64,000 nucleotides of DNA from Trypanosoma brucei (Eukaryota): the NCBI GenBank assembly GCA_000002445.1, contig CH464491.1, positions 2,208,001-2,272,000 on the forward strand, given 5' to 3'. The position numbers and the translations under genes were made by a program. Below, piece by piece: positions 23,201-32,431 of this stretch. Position 1 is the stretch's first letter; each line of letters opens with the position of its first letter. The notes beneath the pieces are model-generated. The model was not told the origin of the DNA and made no database searches. It saw nothing but the letters and a program-made list of their open reading frames with translations.

Positions 23201-26200
23201 ATCACGCCCCTGTTTTTCATGGCGATCACTTGGAGTATCGGAGCAACCTGTGATGAGGTGGGACGTGAGAAGTTTGCCGATATGCTTCGCGAAATGGCAA
23301 CGCGTAATAATCACGCCGACTCCCTGCCGGAATCAGGAAGTGTGTACGACTACTGCTTTGTGTACTACCCGTCGCCAGATGATGATGAAGAGGCCCGATG
23401 GACACACTGGGATGAACTGCGTGCGACGTGTGATATTGCTCGCACGACAAAGTTCGAAGACGTATTGGTACCGACGATTGATAACACCCGCCAGAAGTAT
23501 GTGCTGACACATCTGTTGGAACGGAAGGTCAACGTGGTCGCTGTGGGCCCCACAGGCACGGGTAAGAGTGTGGCGGCTGGCGGTTTGGTAATGAACGGTA
23601 TATCCGATCGCTTGCTTGGCCTTGCCTTCTCTTTCACACCACAGACAAAAGCGGGCGTGTTGCAGGACTCTCTCATGTCAAAGTTTGATAAACGCCGTTC
23701 GCATGTCTATGGTGCTCCGGTTGGCAAACACTTCCTTGTGTTTATTGATGACGCTAATCTTCCACAAAAGGAGCGCTATGGTGCTCAACCACCACTGGAA
23801 TTACTTCGACAACTCCTTGGTCATGGAGGTTTGTACTCATTTGTTGGTGGTATCAAGTGGAACTTGGTTATCGACACCTCTTTTGTTATGGCCATGGGGC
23901 CACCCGGAGGAAGTCGCACACAGGTGTCTAACCGTCTCATGAGGTACTTCAACTATGTTTCATTTCCCGAGATGTCGGAGGCATCCAAACGTACCATCCT
24001 TAATACAATTCTTAAGGGGGGTTTGCACCAACGAGGTGTCAAAGAGGAGGTTGTTGATTTCATAACAAACCTTGTTGATGGGACTCTGAATGTTTTCAAA
24101 CGCTGCCGCAAAGCTTTTGTTCCAACTCCATCGCACGTACATTACTCGTTCAACATGCGGGACGTCATGCGTGTGTTTCCCATGATTTACATCAACGACA
24201 CTAACAGTCTTCCAAACAGAGACGTTCTCCTGAAGCAGTGGGTGCACGAAATGCAGCGCGTCTTTTGCGACAGACTCATATGTAACGAGGATAGAGAGGA
24301 GTTCCTTTCTTTCATTGATGATGAGATAATACAGATTGGTTATGAAGGTGGTTACAAGTCGTTGCTACCTGACGGCAGGCTTATTTTCGGTGACTTCATG
24401 TCCACGGGGGAACGTAGTTATCAGCAGATTACGGACATGGATGCACTAGCGGCTTTTTTTAATGAACAGCTCCTGGCTTACAACAATGCGAATGAAAATC
24501 CTATGGGCTTGGTGCTGTTCCTTGATGCCATTGAGCACGTTTGTCGTATTACACGTGTTTTGAGCATGCCAAATGGTCACTGCCTTTTACTAGGAATTGG
24601 TGGGTCAGGTCGAAAGTCTCTAACCCGCTTGGCGTGCTTCCTCATTCCTGAGATGGACGTTTTCACTATTGAGTTCACAAAGAACTTTGGTGTGAAGGAA
24701 TGGCGGGAGGCGTTAGCTCGTTTACTGTTGGATTGCGGAAAGGACGGAAAGAAGCGCACGTTCCTATTCTCTGACACGCAAATCATTAACCAGACTCTCA
24801 TGGAGGACGTTGCGGCGCTGCTGACCGCTGGCGATGTACCCAACCTTTTTGAGGACCAAGACATAGAAATAATCAATGAAAGGTTCAAAGGAGTATGTAT
24901 GAGCGAGAATCTGCCCACGACGAAGGTTTCTATGTACGCACGGTTCATCAAAGAAGTGCGTTCTAACCTCCATATAGTCTTAGCGTTCTCACCTATCGGT
25001 GAAGTCTTTCGAACACGACTGCGTATGTTTCCCGCGCTCATTACTTGTTGTACTATTGATTGGTTTGCTGAATGGCCTGGTGAGGCCCTGCTTTCCGTGG
25101 CAAGAGCGCAACTGCAAAGCGCAAAGGGGGATTTGGGTGATGATGAGGGGGACAGACTCTCCAGGTGCTTTAAATCGCTGCATTTATCTGCTGCGGAAAC
25201 AACGGAGAGGTTCTTTGTTGAAACCCATCGACGTTCTTACATTACGCCCACGTCTTACCTGTCTCTGCTGAACACGTATATTTCCCTCGTGGAATCCAAA
25301 CGTAAGTTCGGGCGTGAGCAGGCCAGCCGTCTCGAAAACGGATTGGAAAAGTTGTATGATACCGAGGTTCGCGTCGTCGAGCTTGAGGGGCAGTTGAAGG
25401 CGCAACAGCCAGTGTTGGAGATGAAGAAGTTGGAGATCAGAGGCATCATGGAGAAGCTCCGCGTAGACCGCAAAGATGCAGCAGAAAAGGAGGCCTCAGC
25501 ACGTACAGAGGAGGTGGCCGCGACGACAAAGGCAGAGGAATGCGCTAGAATGCGCCGTGAGTGCGCTAGCCGCCTCGCTGAAGCTGAACCCGCACTTCAA
25601 GAGGCTGTTAAAGTTCTGTCAAAGATCAAGGCCGCGGAAATATCTGAATTGAACAAGTACCAGAACCCACCGAAGGGTGTGCAGTATGTTATGGAGGCCG
25701 TTGCACTCCTGCTAACGTTTGGCAACTGCCCCAAGGAATTCTATAGCGGCCCTCCCGGGGGGAAGAAAACGCCAGATTGGTGGTTGTGTGCCAAGTCGTA
25801 CATGAAGAACGCCAACCAACTTCTTGATACACTGGTACAACCCCCTGGTAAGGGAGGGTTTGACCGAGAGGCGATGGACATGCCTCTCATTGAAAAGGTG
25901 CGTACATACTATGAAAATGATGAGTTTCAACCAGAGAAGGTGAAGAGTGTTTCTGTACCTTGTATGGCTATGTGTCAGTGGGTGCGTGCAATGTACAAAT
26001 GGTTTTTTGTAAACCGTGAGATTCAACCACTGCGCGAACGACTTGCGGATGCCGAGAGGGAATTGAAGCGTGTCAATCGAGCCCTCGCCGAAACCCGTAG
26101 GAAACTTGATGCTGTCGTAGAAGCGGTCGCAAAACTTGAGAAGGAATTTGAGGATGCCATGGCCACCCAAACGGCATTGGAAAATGAGGTTGAGCAGACA

Positions 26201-29200
26201 AGTGAGAAACTACAGCGTGCTGCCCGCCTTATTGCCGGACTTGGGGGTGAGAAAGTCCGATGGAAAGAGCTTGTGGAACAGTATAAAGTGAAAGACACTT
26301 GTGTTTCGGGAGATATGGTGATAGCTGCTGCATCGATCGCCTACTTCGGCCCCCTTACTGGTCCGTACCGCAAACATCTTCTGCAAACATGGTCTGCCTC
26401 GCTTGCGGAGTTGGGTATCAAAACTAGCGAGAACAGCGATTTGTTATCAACCACAGGTGACGCAGTTCAAATACACGATTGGCAGCTTTGTGGCCTGCCA
26501 AAGGACCCACTGTCGACAGAGAATGCGATCATTTTGTCAAATGCGCGGACGTGGCCACTACTGATTGACCCTCAAGGACAGGCAAACTCGTGGATCCGGA
26601 ACTTGCACAAGGATGACAATTTGCAAGTATGCAAGGCATCGGACGACAAATTCATGAAGACGGTGGAGGGCGCTATCCGGCTAGGTCTTCCATGCCTGTT
26701 GGAGAATGTTGGTGAGTCTCTTGACCCAGCATTGGAGCCAGTTCTTCACCGCAACGTGTTTCTTATCGGTTGCACTCCGCACATACGTGTCGGCGATTCG
26801 GCTATTCCATACAACGAGAAATTCAGGTTATACATGACAACGAAGCTGCCTAATCCATCATACACTCCGGAAACCATCGTCATCGTGTCTCTTCTGAACT
26901 TCTTCATTACGCGAAGTGGACTGGAGGATCAGATATTGGCAAGAACAGTGGAGAAAGAGCGGAACGATTTGGAGCAGGAGAAGCAAAGGTTAACCCGAGA
27001 TTGTGCGGAGAAAAACAGAGAGCTAAAAGAGTTGCAGGAGAACATTCTACGCATGCTAGAGGAGGCGGAGGGAGATATTCTTGATCAGGAAGAGCTTATC
27101 GACGCTCTCGAAAAGAGTAAGCTAAAATCCACTGAAATTAGCGAAGATCTTGTACGTGCCAGAGCGACGGAGGTCACCATTGATGAGACGCGTAATAAGT
27201 ACCGTCCACACGCCTACCGGGGTGCACTGCTCTTCTTCTGTGTCTCAGAACTTTCCACTGTGGACCCGATGTATCAGTTCTCGCTCCAGTGGTACATAAA
27301 CTTAGTCTTACTCGCAATTGAGAACACAGAGGCGGCGGTAGATATTGAAGAGCGCGTTGAAAAACTCATTGAGTTCTTCACGTACTCTTTCTACACAAAT
27401 GTCTGCCGTTCCCTGTTTGAACGCCACAAGCTTACCTTTTCTTTTTTTCTGTGTACCTCAATTCTGCAGCAGCAGGACGAACTTGACGGCAACGAATATC
27501 ATTATTTGCTGACTGGTCCAACCGGAAGCGGCGGGGAGGAACCGAATCCTGCTCCAGATTGGTTAACAGAGAATTCATGGAATGAAATACAGTTCGTTTC
27601 GTCAAATCTCCCCAACTTTGCAGGTTTCGCTGAACACGTAACCCAATGTATTAACTACTACAAGGAACTCTTTGACAGCCTTAATGCCCACACGTACCCG
27701 CTTGCGGCGGAGTGGCAGGGACGGGAGACTCCCTTGCAGCGTCTTGTTGTCGTCCGATGCTTCCGAAGGGACAAGGTGGCGTCTGCTATTCAGGAATTCG
27801 TTAAGCACTATATGGGTGAGCGATTTATTATTGTCCCACAGTTTGACCTCATGGATGCATACAAGGATAGTACGTGTCTTACACCACTTATCTTTATTAT
27901 CTCACCAGGTTCTGATCCTATGAATGATCTTTTGCGCTTTGCTGAGCATATGCGCATGTCGAAGAAGTTGGACAAGGTGTCCCTTGGTCAGGGTCAGGGG
28001 AGGAAGGCGGAGGAGTTGCTCAGCAATGGTCGAGAGCGTGGTCAGTGGGTGCTGCTTCAGAACTGCCACTTGGCAACGTCGTGGATGCCGACGCTGGAGG
28101 CTATTGTGGAGAGTTTTACTTTGGAAACTGTGCGAAAGGAGTTTCGGTTGTGGCTCACTTCAATGCCCTCTGATTCTTTCCCCGTAGCTGTGCTGCAGAT
28201 ATCTGTCAAGATGACGAATGAACCACCCATGGGTCTTCGTGCTAACGTGACACGGTCGTACTATGGGCTAACTGATGATGATCTTGAACACCCAACGAAA
28301 CCCAACCAGTTTAAGAAGATGGTTTTTGCATTCTGCCTATTCCATGCCGTCATTCAGGAGCGTCGCAAGTTTGGTTCTTTGGGATTTAACATAGCTTACG
28401 AGTTCAACGACTCTGATCGTAATGTGTGTCTTCTCCAGCTGCGTAAATTCATATCGCTCTATGAGGATGTGCCTTTCGATGTCCTCACTTTCCTTACTGG
28501 TGAGATTAATTACGGAGGGCGTGTCACGGATGATTGGGATAGACGCTGCATGATGGCTCTTATTAAGGACTTCATTACTCCAGGAGTTTTAGAAGAAGGT
28601 TATTCTTTCTCTCCATCCGGTACATATCACACGGTAGAGGCGTGCTCTCGGGCCTTCTATCTCGATTACCTCGGCACGTGGCCGCTTAATCCCGAACCCG
28701 AGGTGTTTGGACTAAGTGACAATGCGGATATTACATGTGCCCAAAGCGAGAGTGCGAGCATATTGGCTACCATTCTCTCACTTGTCTCGCGTGAAAGCTC
28801 GGGATCGTCACATCAGAGCCGCGAAGAGATGCTGATTAAAACGGCTCAGCACATCATGGAGAAGCTGCCTCCGACGTTTAACGTGCAGGAATTCCACGCT
28901 AAGTATCCTACAAAGTACGAAGAATCGATGAACACAGTCCTTGTGCAAGAAGCCGTGCGATACAATCGCCTCCTTCGCTTTGTTCAGAAGTCTCTTTCAG
29001 AGTTTTCTAAGGCTGTTCGTGGTGAGGTAGACATGTCAGCCGAGTTGGAAGCTGTTGGTTCAAGTTTCTTCATTAACGCCGTTCCTGCATCGTGGGCTGC
29101 GCTGGCGTATCCTTCTTTGAAGCCTCTTTCGAGTTGGGTTGAGGACCTTCTGAGGCGCGTGCAATTCGTGCAGTCATGGTACGATAAGGGTATGCCGAAT

Positions 29201-29665
29201 GCCCTATGGATGGGTGGGTTCTTCTTCCCTCAAGCATTCCTCACTGGAACCCTCCAAAACTATGCGCGGCGCAAGGATGTCGCAATCGACTCTGTTTCTT
29301 TCAACTTTTCCTTCTTGCAAGACGAGACACCGACGACTGTTGCGGCACCAGAGCAGGGCGCCATTGTGTACGGTTTGTACCTGGAGGGCGCTCGGTGGGA
29401 CGGGGCAGGGCGCACACTCGCGGAGTCCCGACCGAAGGAACTTTATGTAGACGTCCCGCTGCTGCATTTAGATCCCGTGGTAGATCGCGTTGCTGATCCA
29501 AACGATTACATTTGTCCAGTGTACAAAACTCTCACCCGCGCGGGAACGCTTAGCACAACGGGTCACTCGACAAACTTTGTGTTGTCTATTACTATCCCAA
29601 CTGTTGCGCCCCCCGAGCACTGGATTAAGCGTGGTGTGGCTTGTGTGATTTCCCTCAATTTTTAA
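17201..29665 (+). CDS. Axonemal dynein heavy chain; the size suggests a single-headed inner-arm class
   Basis: The 4154-aa product has the AAA1 P-loop GPAGTGKTETTKDLAKALA, further P-loops (GPAGSGKTMA, GPTGTGKSV, GIGGSGRKSLTRLA), a coiled-coil stalk of about 260 aa and a conserved C-terminal domain. All of these are hallmarks of dynein heavy chains. Confidence 0.95.
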   Translation: MPMLQHFLRPEVLGTTGKDEENGTKDHQPGQQRPTTSRLDSQSLTATDTVSERPKTAEPLDLVSISATYKETAVLFPDAHQAAFEPKVQVPFEFQRGRIPREIEIERRRRLYESKDVSRLVQVAGLTLKLLAHKSSQELPLQVFDDTSYDSRIPAEWMEIAAQNENPAGRYLPAEGIYEFMNSDFRMRPCRVIGWDVARNEVKLLWGAKPVPDETPVVVPRFHVRLLAEDPVVYVERLVNAQKQRVKAMAWIRYRLCCDAMPTDGLPGLDSNLSDRLLRLGTGIPNLNKAVFPDVDERAQRLIAELTLEWQRSHNRILLQDLMQRDESTLRMVANTTQMSLQELVRGPNVEIRRTIKSDPSSVIPIGDFDFAERERSFTFSTYYTQPEVVTALTGVRSECMKVLEGSLFNLPKARQMQLSEFQKLQRDHMAAVEKYLKGEWTENICNVIRNSFVSAGKGWLNVHESKQEIYEISKLKKFFTTVKFMMEDTLFDLVYTSLQDFTVFFEEVSEFTVNVIDMNNVENKWPGSDADDCVEKQPLFTIRLAEQDGSFTYSISFKDFEEAIIDLFFSAIQCTDAIPQVEKFVMSQYFWRREGEGPFLDSVKQQEERVCLLRDRVRHALQNSMKPLRDYLQTYDDLLPLVRLDKKVFITEYAAQEHTMEEMKEEIRAHLKAKKVVAQKLPAFITVGNYVVDCQSFGQIMASKEHELAKLVMNLICKIAKTKTSYIREEFTKIVRVVEKQPQTPEKLYELKAIIVNTPERISELSAEIEEMRQYYNVLDGFQYELSDEESRQKWEAISWPRQLTLRIQETNKQLEKVEEELHARLQKEAEEFSKKVDALQRVVATFSKYTDATEAEKVAAEVKVNSIEIRKCIEQARSINSDQRLFGDKLTDYRSVFELEKEFKPYSDLWLTTYQWQDCYRRWHADPFDSLDHEEIDTVVTNAFKTMTQLSKTFKDKNATLKIVSEIRGKVEAFKKWVPIVTSLRQPGMKERHWKGLSEKLNLPLVPGETILLMEDLEPLLGFKDVIVPHCEVAAKEAQIEKALKDMRAKWESRVFIIEPYKESNTYIIKDSSEIVELLDEHLNLTQQLQFSPFKAYYAEAITDWERSLNLISDIIEQWLECQRAWRYLEPIFNAKDIALQLPRLTKLFDRVDKTWRRVMGTVHHQPNVLDFCIGTSKLLESLRESNRILEEVQRGLNDYLAEKRQSFPRFYFLSDEELLEILSQSKEVRRIDAHISKLFEFIQRLSWTENNEINGFFSGEGEHVPSVNVVYPEGNVEMWLGSVETMMKEAVAEQLRQSFYAYSNTPRAKWVLEWAAQCVIAVSQIFWTNGCEEGLVAEKSVENYFRVLEHQLFELVDVVQSPLNARERINMGALITVEVHAKDTVEAMTRHKVDSIQSFEWIKQLRFYFDTDDRMCHIKQVDAHFVYGGEYLGNTGRLVVTPLTDRIYLTLTGALALCLGGAPAGPAGTGKTETTKDLAKALAKQCVVFNCQEGMTCLSMAKFFKGLAWAGAWACFDEFNRIDVEVLSVVAQQVTDLQQACVTKQYRIVFEGSEVVVDPTHAVFITMNPGYAGRTELPDNLKVLFRPVACMVPDYAMIGEIRLFSYGYKKARSLAQKMVMTFKLSSEQLSSQDHYDFGMRAVNTVISAAGLNKRENPNEDEDLLLLRALRDSNAPKFLRDDIILFEGIISDLFPGTKLSPTEYGVVVDSLRQVVTSSQLQPVPGFIEKCLQLYDVTTLRHGLMLVGPAGSGKTMAYTSLQKALSGCSVMQSKGQDVGARDYMKVFTHICNPKAVTMDQLYGAYDENGEWKDGVLCVLFRRAAKYGDEGNQIGKHWVMFDGPVDALWIESMNTVLDENKKLCLVSGEIIQMSRDMTMMFEVEDLAVASPATVSRCGMIYMEPTACVPTQALTKSWKERLPKYVAPQADYLEQLVELYVDELIEYVRANLREYVPSTNVILVHSFFRMMDGYIESFGGLPGQRGPPTLSPERLEIMAKCITPLFFMAITWSIGATCDEVGREKFADMLREMATRNNHADSLPESGSVYDYCFVYYPSPDDDEEARWTHWDELRATCDIARTTKFEDVLVPTIDNTRQKYVLTHLLERKVNVVAVGPTGTGKSVAAGGLVMNGISDRLLGLAFSFTPQTKAGVLQDSLMSKFDKRRSHVYGAPVGKHFLVFIDDANLPQKERYGAQPPLELLRQLLGHGGLYSFVGGIKWNLVIDTSFVMAMGPPGGSRTQVSNRLMRYFNYVSFPEMSEASKRTILNTILKGGLHQRGVKEEVVDFITNLVDGTLNVFKRCRKAFVPTPSHVHYSFNMRDVMRVFPMIYINDTNSLPNRDVLLKQWVHEMQRVFCDRLICNEDREEFLSFIDDEIIQIGYEGGYKSLLPDGRLIFGDFMSTGERSYQQITDMDALAAFFNEQLLAYNNANENPMGLVLFLDAIEHVCRITRVLSMPNGHCLLLGIGGSGRKSLTRLACFLIPEMDVFTIEFTKNFGVKEWREALARLLLDCGKDGKKRTFLFSDTQIINQTLMEDVAALLTAGDVPNLFEDQDIEIINERFKGVCMSENLPTTKVSMYARFIKEVRSNLHIVLAFSPIGEVFRTRLRMFPALITCCTIDWFAEWPGEALLSVARAQLQSAKGDLGDDEGDRLSRCFKSLHLSAAETTERFFVETHRRSYITPTSYLSLLNTYISLVESKRKFGREQASRLENGLEKLYDTEVRVVELEGQLKAQQPVLEMKKLEIRGIMEKLRVDRKDAAEKEASARTEEVAATTKAEECARMRRECASRLAEAEPALQEAVKVLSKIKAAEISELNKYQNPPKGVQYVMEAVALLLTFGNCPKEFYSGPPGGKKTPDWWLCAKSYMKNANQLLDTLVQPPGKGGFDREAMDMPLIEKVRTYYENDEFQPEKVKSVSVPCMAMCQWVRAMYKWFFVNREIQPLRERLADAERELKRVNRALAETRRKLDAVVEAVAKLEKEFEDAMATQTALENEVEQTSEKLQRAARLIAGLGGEKVRWKELVEQYKVKDTCVSGDMVIAAASIAYFGPLTGPYRKHLLQTWSASLAELGIKTSENSDLLSTTGDAVQIHDWQLCGLPKDPLSTENAIILSNARTWPLLIDPQGQANSWIRNLHKDDNLQVCKASDDKFMKTVEGAIRLGLPCLLENVGESLDPALEPVLHRNVFLIGCTPHIRVGDSAIPYNEKFRLYMTTKLPNPSYTPETIVIVSLLNFFITRSGLEDQILARTVEKERNDLEQEKQRLTRDCAEKNRELKELQENILRMLEEAEGDILDQEELIDALEKSKLKSTEISEDLVRARATEVTIDETRNKYRPHAYRGALLFFCVSELSTVDPMYQFSLQWYINLVLLAIENTEAAVDIEERVEKLIEFFTYSFYTNVCRSLFERHKLTFSFFLCTSILQQQDELDGNEYHYLLTGPTGSGGEEPNPAPDWLTENSWNEIQFVSSNLPNFAGFAEHVTQCINYYKELFDSLNAHTYPLAAEWQGRETPLQRLVVVRCFRRDKVASAIQEFVKHYMGERFIIVPQFDLMDAYKDSTCLTPLIFIISPGSDPMNDLLRFAEHMRMSKKLDKVSLGQGQGRKAEELLSNGRERGQWVLLQNCHLATSWMPTLEAIVESFTLETVRKEFRLWLTSMPSDSFPVAVLQISVKMTNEPPMGLRANVTRSYYGLTDDDLEHPTKPNQFKKMVFAFCLFHAVIQERRKFGSLGFNIAYEFNDSDRNVCLLQLRKFISLYEDVPFDVLTFLTGEINYGGRVTDDWDRRCMMALIKDFITPGVLEEGYSFSPSGTYHTVEACSRAFYLDYLGTWPLNPEPEVFGLSDNADITCAQSESASILATILSLVSRESSGSSHQSREEMLIKTAQHIMEKLPPTFNVQEFHAKYPTKYEESMNTVLVQEAVRYNRLLRFVQKSLSEFSKAVRGEVDMSAELEAVGSSFFINAVPASWAALAYPSLKPLSSWVEDLLRRVQFVQSWYDKGMPNALWMGGFFFPQAFLTGTLQNYARRKDVAIDSVSFNFSFLQDETPTTVAAPEQGAIVYGLYLEGARWDGAGRTLAESRPKELYVDVPLLHLDPVVDRVADPNDYICPVYKTLTRAGTLSTTGHSTNFVLSITIPTVAPPEHWIKRGVACVISLNF

Positions 29666-30304
29666 AGGGAGGGCTTCCGCTGAGTGTTTGGTTTTATTTT
29701 TGCCTGTGCGTCTGTATTTGTCTGTACTTGTAGAAATTCCCCTTCCGATGGAGGTGGCTCTCGGAGGGGCGGGTAACCGAAATATTACGTGAAGTTAAAA
29801 CGAGGACCCGAGTCCCCTTTCTGTTGCCGAACGGGCCTAAGGCGTTTATAGAGAGAACAACGCAGGATAGTTGAGCAGGTGTTGGAGAAGACGAGGCAAA
29901 AAGTTGGAAGTGTGTGAGGGCTGAGATAGAAAGAAGGAAGGGAATTGTTCGCACCGTGAGACTGTATATATTTACATGCGTATTTGACTAGATATGCTCA
30001 GGCTTTTCTATTCCTGTAATGTAAATAGTCATAGAGATGGTGTAGCTAGCTTAAGGGGCCATCTTTCCCTTTACTACTGGGAACTATGTAGTTTTCTGTC
30101 TAACCGTACTCGATGTTGTTGTGTTCTTTTTATCCCACAAATCCGTCGTCGATTCGCTGCACAGGCCCTTGTGTCTGTGTGACGCGTGTCTTATTTTTTC
30201 CTTAATTCTCACTATTTCTTTAATCAAGCTGCTGTGACGCCGACAAGAGAAGCGAATACATTAGTAGCACAGCGCTGTACCGTAACTCGAAGTAGAGGAG
30301 AGCG

Positions 30305-30601
30305 ATGTCGCAAAAAGGTTTGAAGGGTAAAACTCGCGGGAAGAGCGAAGGTGCCTTGCGCAAGTACGTGGGTGAGGCCAAGAAGAAAACAGTCTTCAAC
30401 AAAGGGCGTAAGACATTACAAACCAAAGCGAGGGCAAACTACATATCGGCTGTAGAGTCACATATGGCTTCCCGTGTTCCATCTGATCAGCGTGATCGAC
30501 TCAGAGTTGTGAAGGCAACTGGAGGATTGCAGCCGAAAAAGAAGCATATGAAGAAGCCACTGACTAGAGGGCGTAAGCGTAAGGGCGACAAGAAGGGATG
30601 A
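30305..30601 (+). CDS. Small, highly basic (K/R-rich) hypothetical protein, possibly nucleolar or RNA-binding
   Basis: The 98-aa ORF is located in a pyrimidine-rich intergenic context on the same strand as the neighbouring genes. Composition is not random. I recognise no family. Confidence 0.4.
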   Translation: MSQKGLKGKTRGKSEGALRKYVGEAKKKTVFNKGRKTLQTKARANYISAVESHMASRVPSDQRDRLRVVKATGGLQPKKKHMKKPLTRGRKRKGDKKG

Positions 30602-30967
30602 ATTGTATTCCTTGGTTATGTGGCTGTCGGGTGGTCTCCACTTGTTGGACTCATCCCCTCGTGGCTCTCCTCACTCCAATCACCTCTTCTGGGAAAAAAG
30701 GATGTGGGGAGAGGTGACTGTCATTATTGGTGGGTTTGAAATGTATGGTACGGCCGTGTCGAGTAAGCAAGTGCTCTTCGACGCGTTGTGAAGCTTGCGT
30801 TACACTCCCTTTTTAAATGTTCATGCATCACGGTTACGTGGCGTCTCTTTGCTAGTTCTACTGCTTTCCTCCTTGTGTTTACTTTTCGACATGTACAATA
30901 GGGTGAGTGCTTCGACCGGGCTGTGTGGTGCCGAGTCAGAAGCACACGTAAACCGGCTCTCGTACTG

Positions 30968-32431
30968 ATGGAAGACTACGAAACCGTGGCCGCCGTCGGT
31001 GAGGGGACGTATGGCATTGTCTACAAATGCCGATGTAAAAAGAGCGGTCGAGTTGTAGCAATCAAATGTTTTAAGAGAAAGAGGGATTGTGTGTTTTCTC
31101 GCCGCGTTATACTACGGGAGCTTCGGGCACTGAAACTGCTGGTAGGACAGCCGGGTGTTGTGCAACTTCTGCGAGATTTTCATACCGGTGGGCAGCTATG
31201 CCTTGTTATGGAGTATTATGAGCACAACTTGTTGGATATCATCCGGCGCAATCCGCATGGGGTCCCACGCCCACAACTTAAGCAGATTCTCTTCACACTC
31301 CTTGTTGGTGTGCGTTCGTGCCATCACCACGGAGTTGTACACAGGGACTTGAAGCCGGAGAACATACTTGTGTACCAAGGAAGGGTATCATTTGTGTGTG
31401 ATTTGGGGTCCTCAAGAATTCTGCGTCAGCCAGGAACCTTAGTTAAAACAACAAGTGGGGGGCTTCTCCGTACTCCTACGGATCAACCAGGGCCACTAAC
31501 GGGGAACGTCGCTACACGCTGGTATTGCAGCCCAGAGATGCTTATTGGATTGCCACATTATAACTTCACCTCAGACATGTGGGCCGTGGGTGCTGTCATG
31601 GCCGAATTAGCTCGCGGGATGCCCCTTCTTCCGGGTAAATCGCGTTTCGATCAGCTCAGCCTCATAAATCAGCGTGTAGGGGACTTAGCAGAACTGGGGG
31701 AGTATTCAAAGTTTTCTCCCTTTATTGCAACCGCAGTTAAGGGCCGCGAAAGCAATAGCATCGCAGGTGACTTTCTGACGCGGGTGTACCGGAGCGTGTT
31801 GGGTGTTGACGGTATGAATCTCCTGCGGGAACTGTTGTCAGTTGACTACAGGAAGCGCTTGACTGTAGACAAGGCCCTCGCTCACCCTTTCTTCAAGATG
31901 TATGTGGTACCCGGTGTATCGTTGCCACTCAGCTTTTATGGTACGTCAACACTCCGCCGGTCAAAGACTGTGGAGGAACTAAGTGGGCTAGCCGTCGACA
32001 AGGGACCAGGTGCAGGTGATTGTGACAAATGGTTTGGACTTGGTCTGGGGAAACCCGTGCCGGTAGCCGAGATTGAACCGCTTAACATGCTGAGTCCTGT
32101 GAAACCAAGGACTGTAGAGGTTCTCGATCACCATAGCCCCGTAAGAAAGCACTGCGTGAATCCTACCAAGCGCAGTAGTTGCGCAGCTAATGACCCCACT
32201 GACGAGTGTGAGCCACACTCACGGCAGGGTAGCGTCTCCAACAACAAGCGGCGCACATTTAGTAAGAGGCCTCTCTTGTCCCAACAGCGGTCGCTGCCTA
32301 ATATATCGTCAAGTTCAGTGGGGAAGGCCATTGTCGCAAGGTTCCCGGAGCCACAACGCTCCAGTATTGCGGAACCTCACTTAAAACTTCCTCGAGTCAA
32401 TGAAGGACATTACAATGGCTCGAAGCGGTGA
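30968..32431 (+). CDS. CMGC-group protein kinase, CDKL/RCK-like (cyclin-dependent kinase-like)
   Basis: The product has a glycine loop GEGTYGIVYK, the beta3 motif VAIK, the catalytic loop HRDLKPENILV and the activation segment LTGNVATRWYCSPEMLIG (compare CDKL YTDYVATRWYRSPELLVG). The C-terminal tail is Ser-rich. I chose the start at MEDYETV (30968); the listed ORF starts at 30923. Confidence 0.85.
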   Translation: MEDYETVAAVGEGTYGIVYKCRCKKSGRVVAIKCFKRKRDCVFSRRVILRELRALKLLVGQPGVVQLLRDFHTGGQLCLVMEYYEHNLLDIIRRNPHGVPRPQLKQILFTLLVGVRSCHHHGVVHRDLKPENILVYQGRVSFVCDLGSSRILRQPGTLVKTTSGGLLRTPTDQPGPLTGNVATRWYCSPEMLIGLPHYNFTSDMWAVGAVMAELARGMPLLPGKSRFDQLSLINQRVGDLAELGEYSKFSPFIATAVKGRESNSIAGDFLTRVYRSVLGVDGMNLLRELLSVDYRKRLTVDKALAHPFFKMYVVPGVSLPLSFYGTSTLRRSKTVEELSGLAVDKGPGAGDCDKWFGLGLGKPVPVAEIEPLNMLSPVKPRTVEVLDHHSPVRKHCVNPTKRSSCAANDPTDECEPHSRQGSVSNNKRRTFSKRPLLSQQRSLPNISSSSVGKAIVARFPEPQRSSIAEPHLKLPRVNEGHYNGSKR

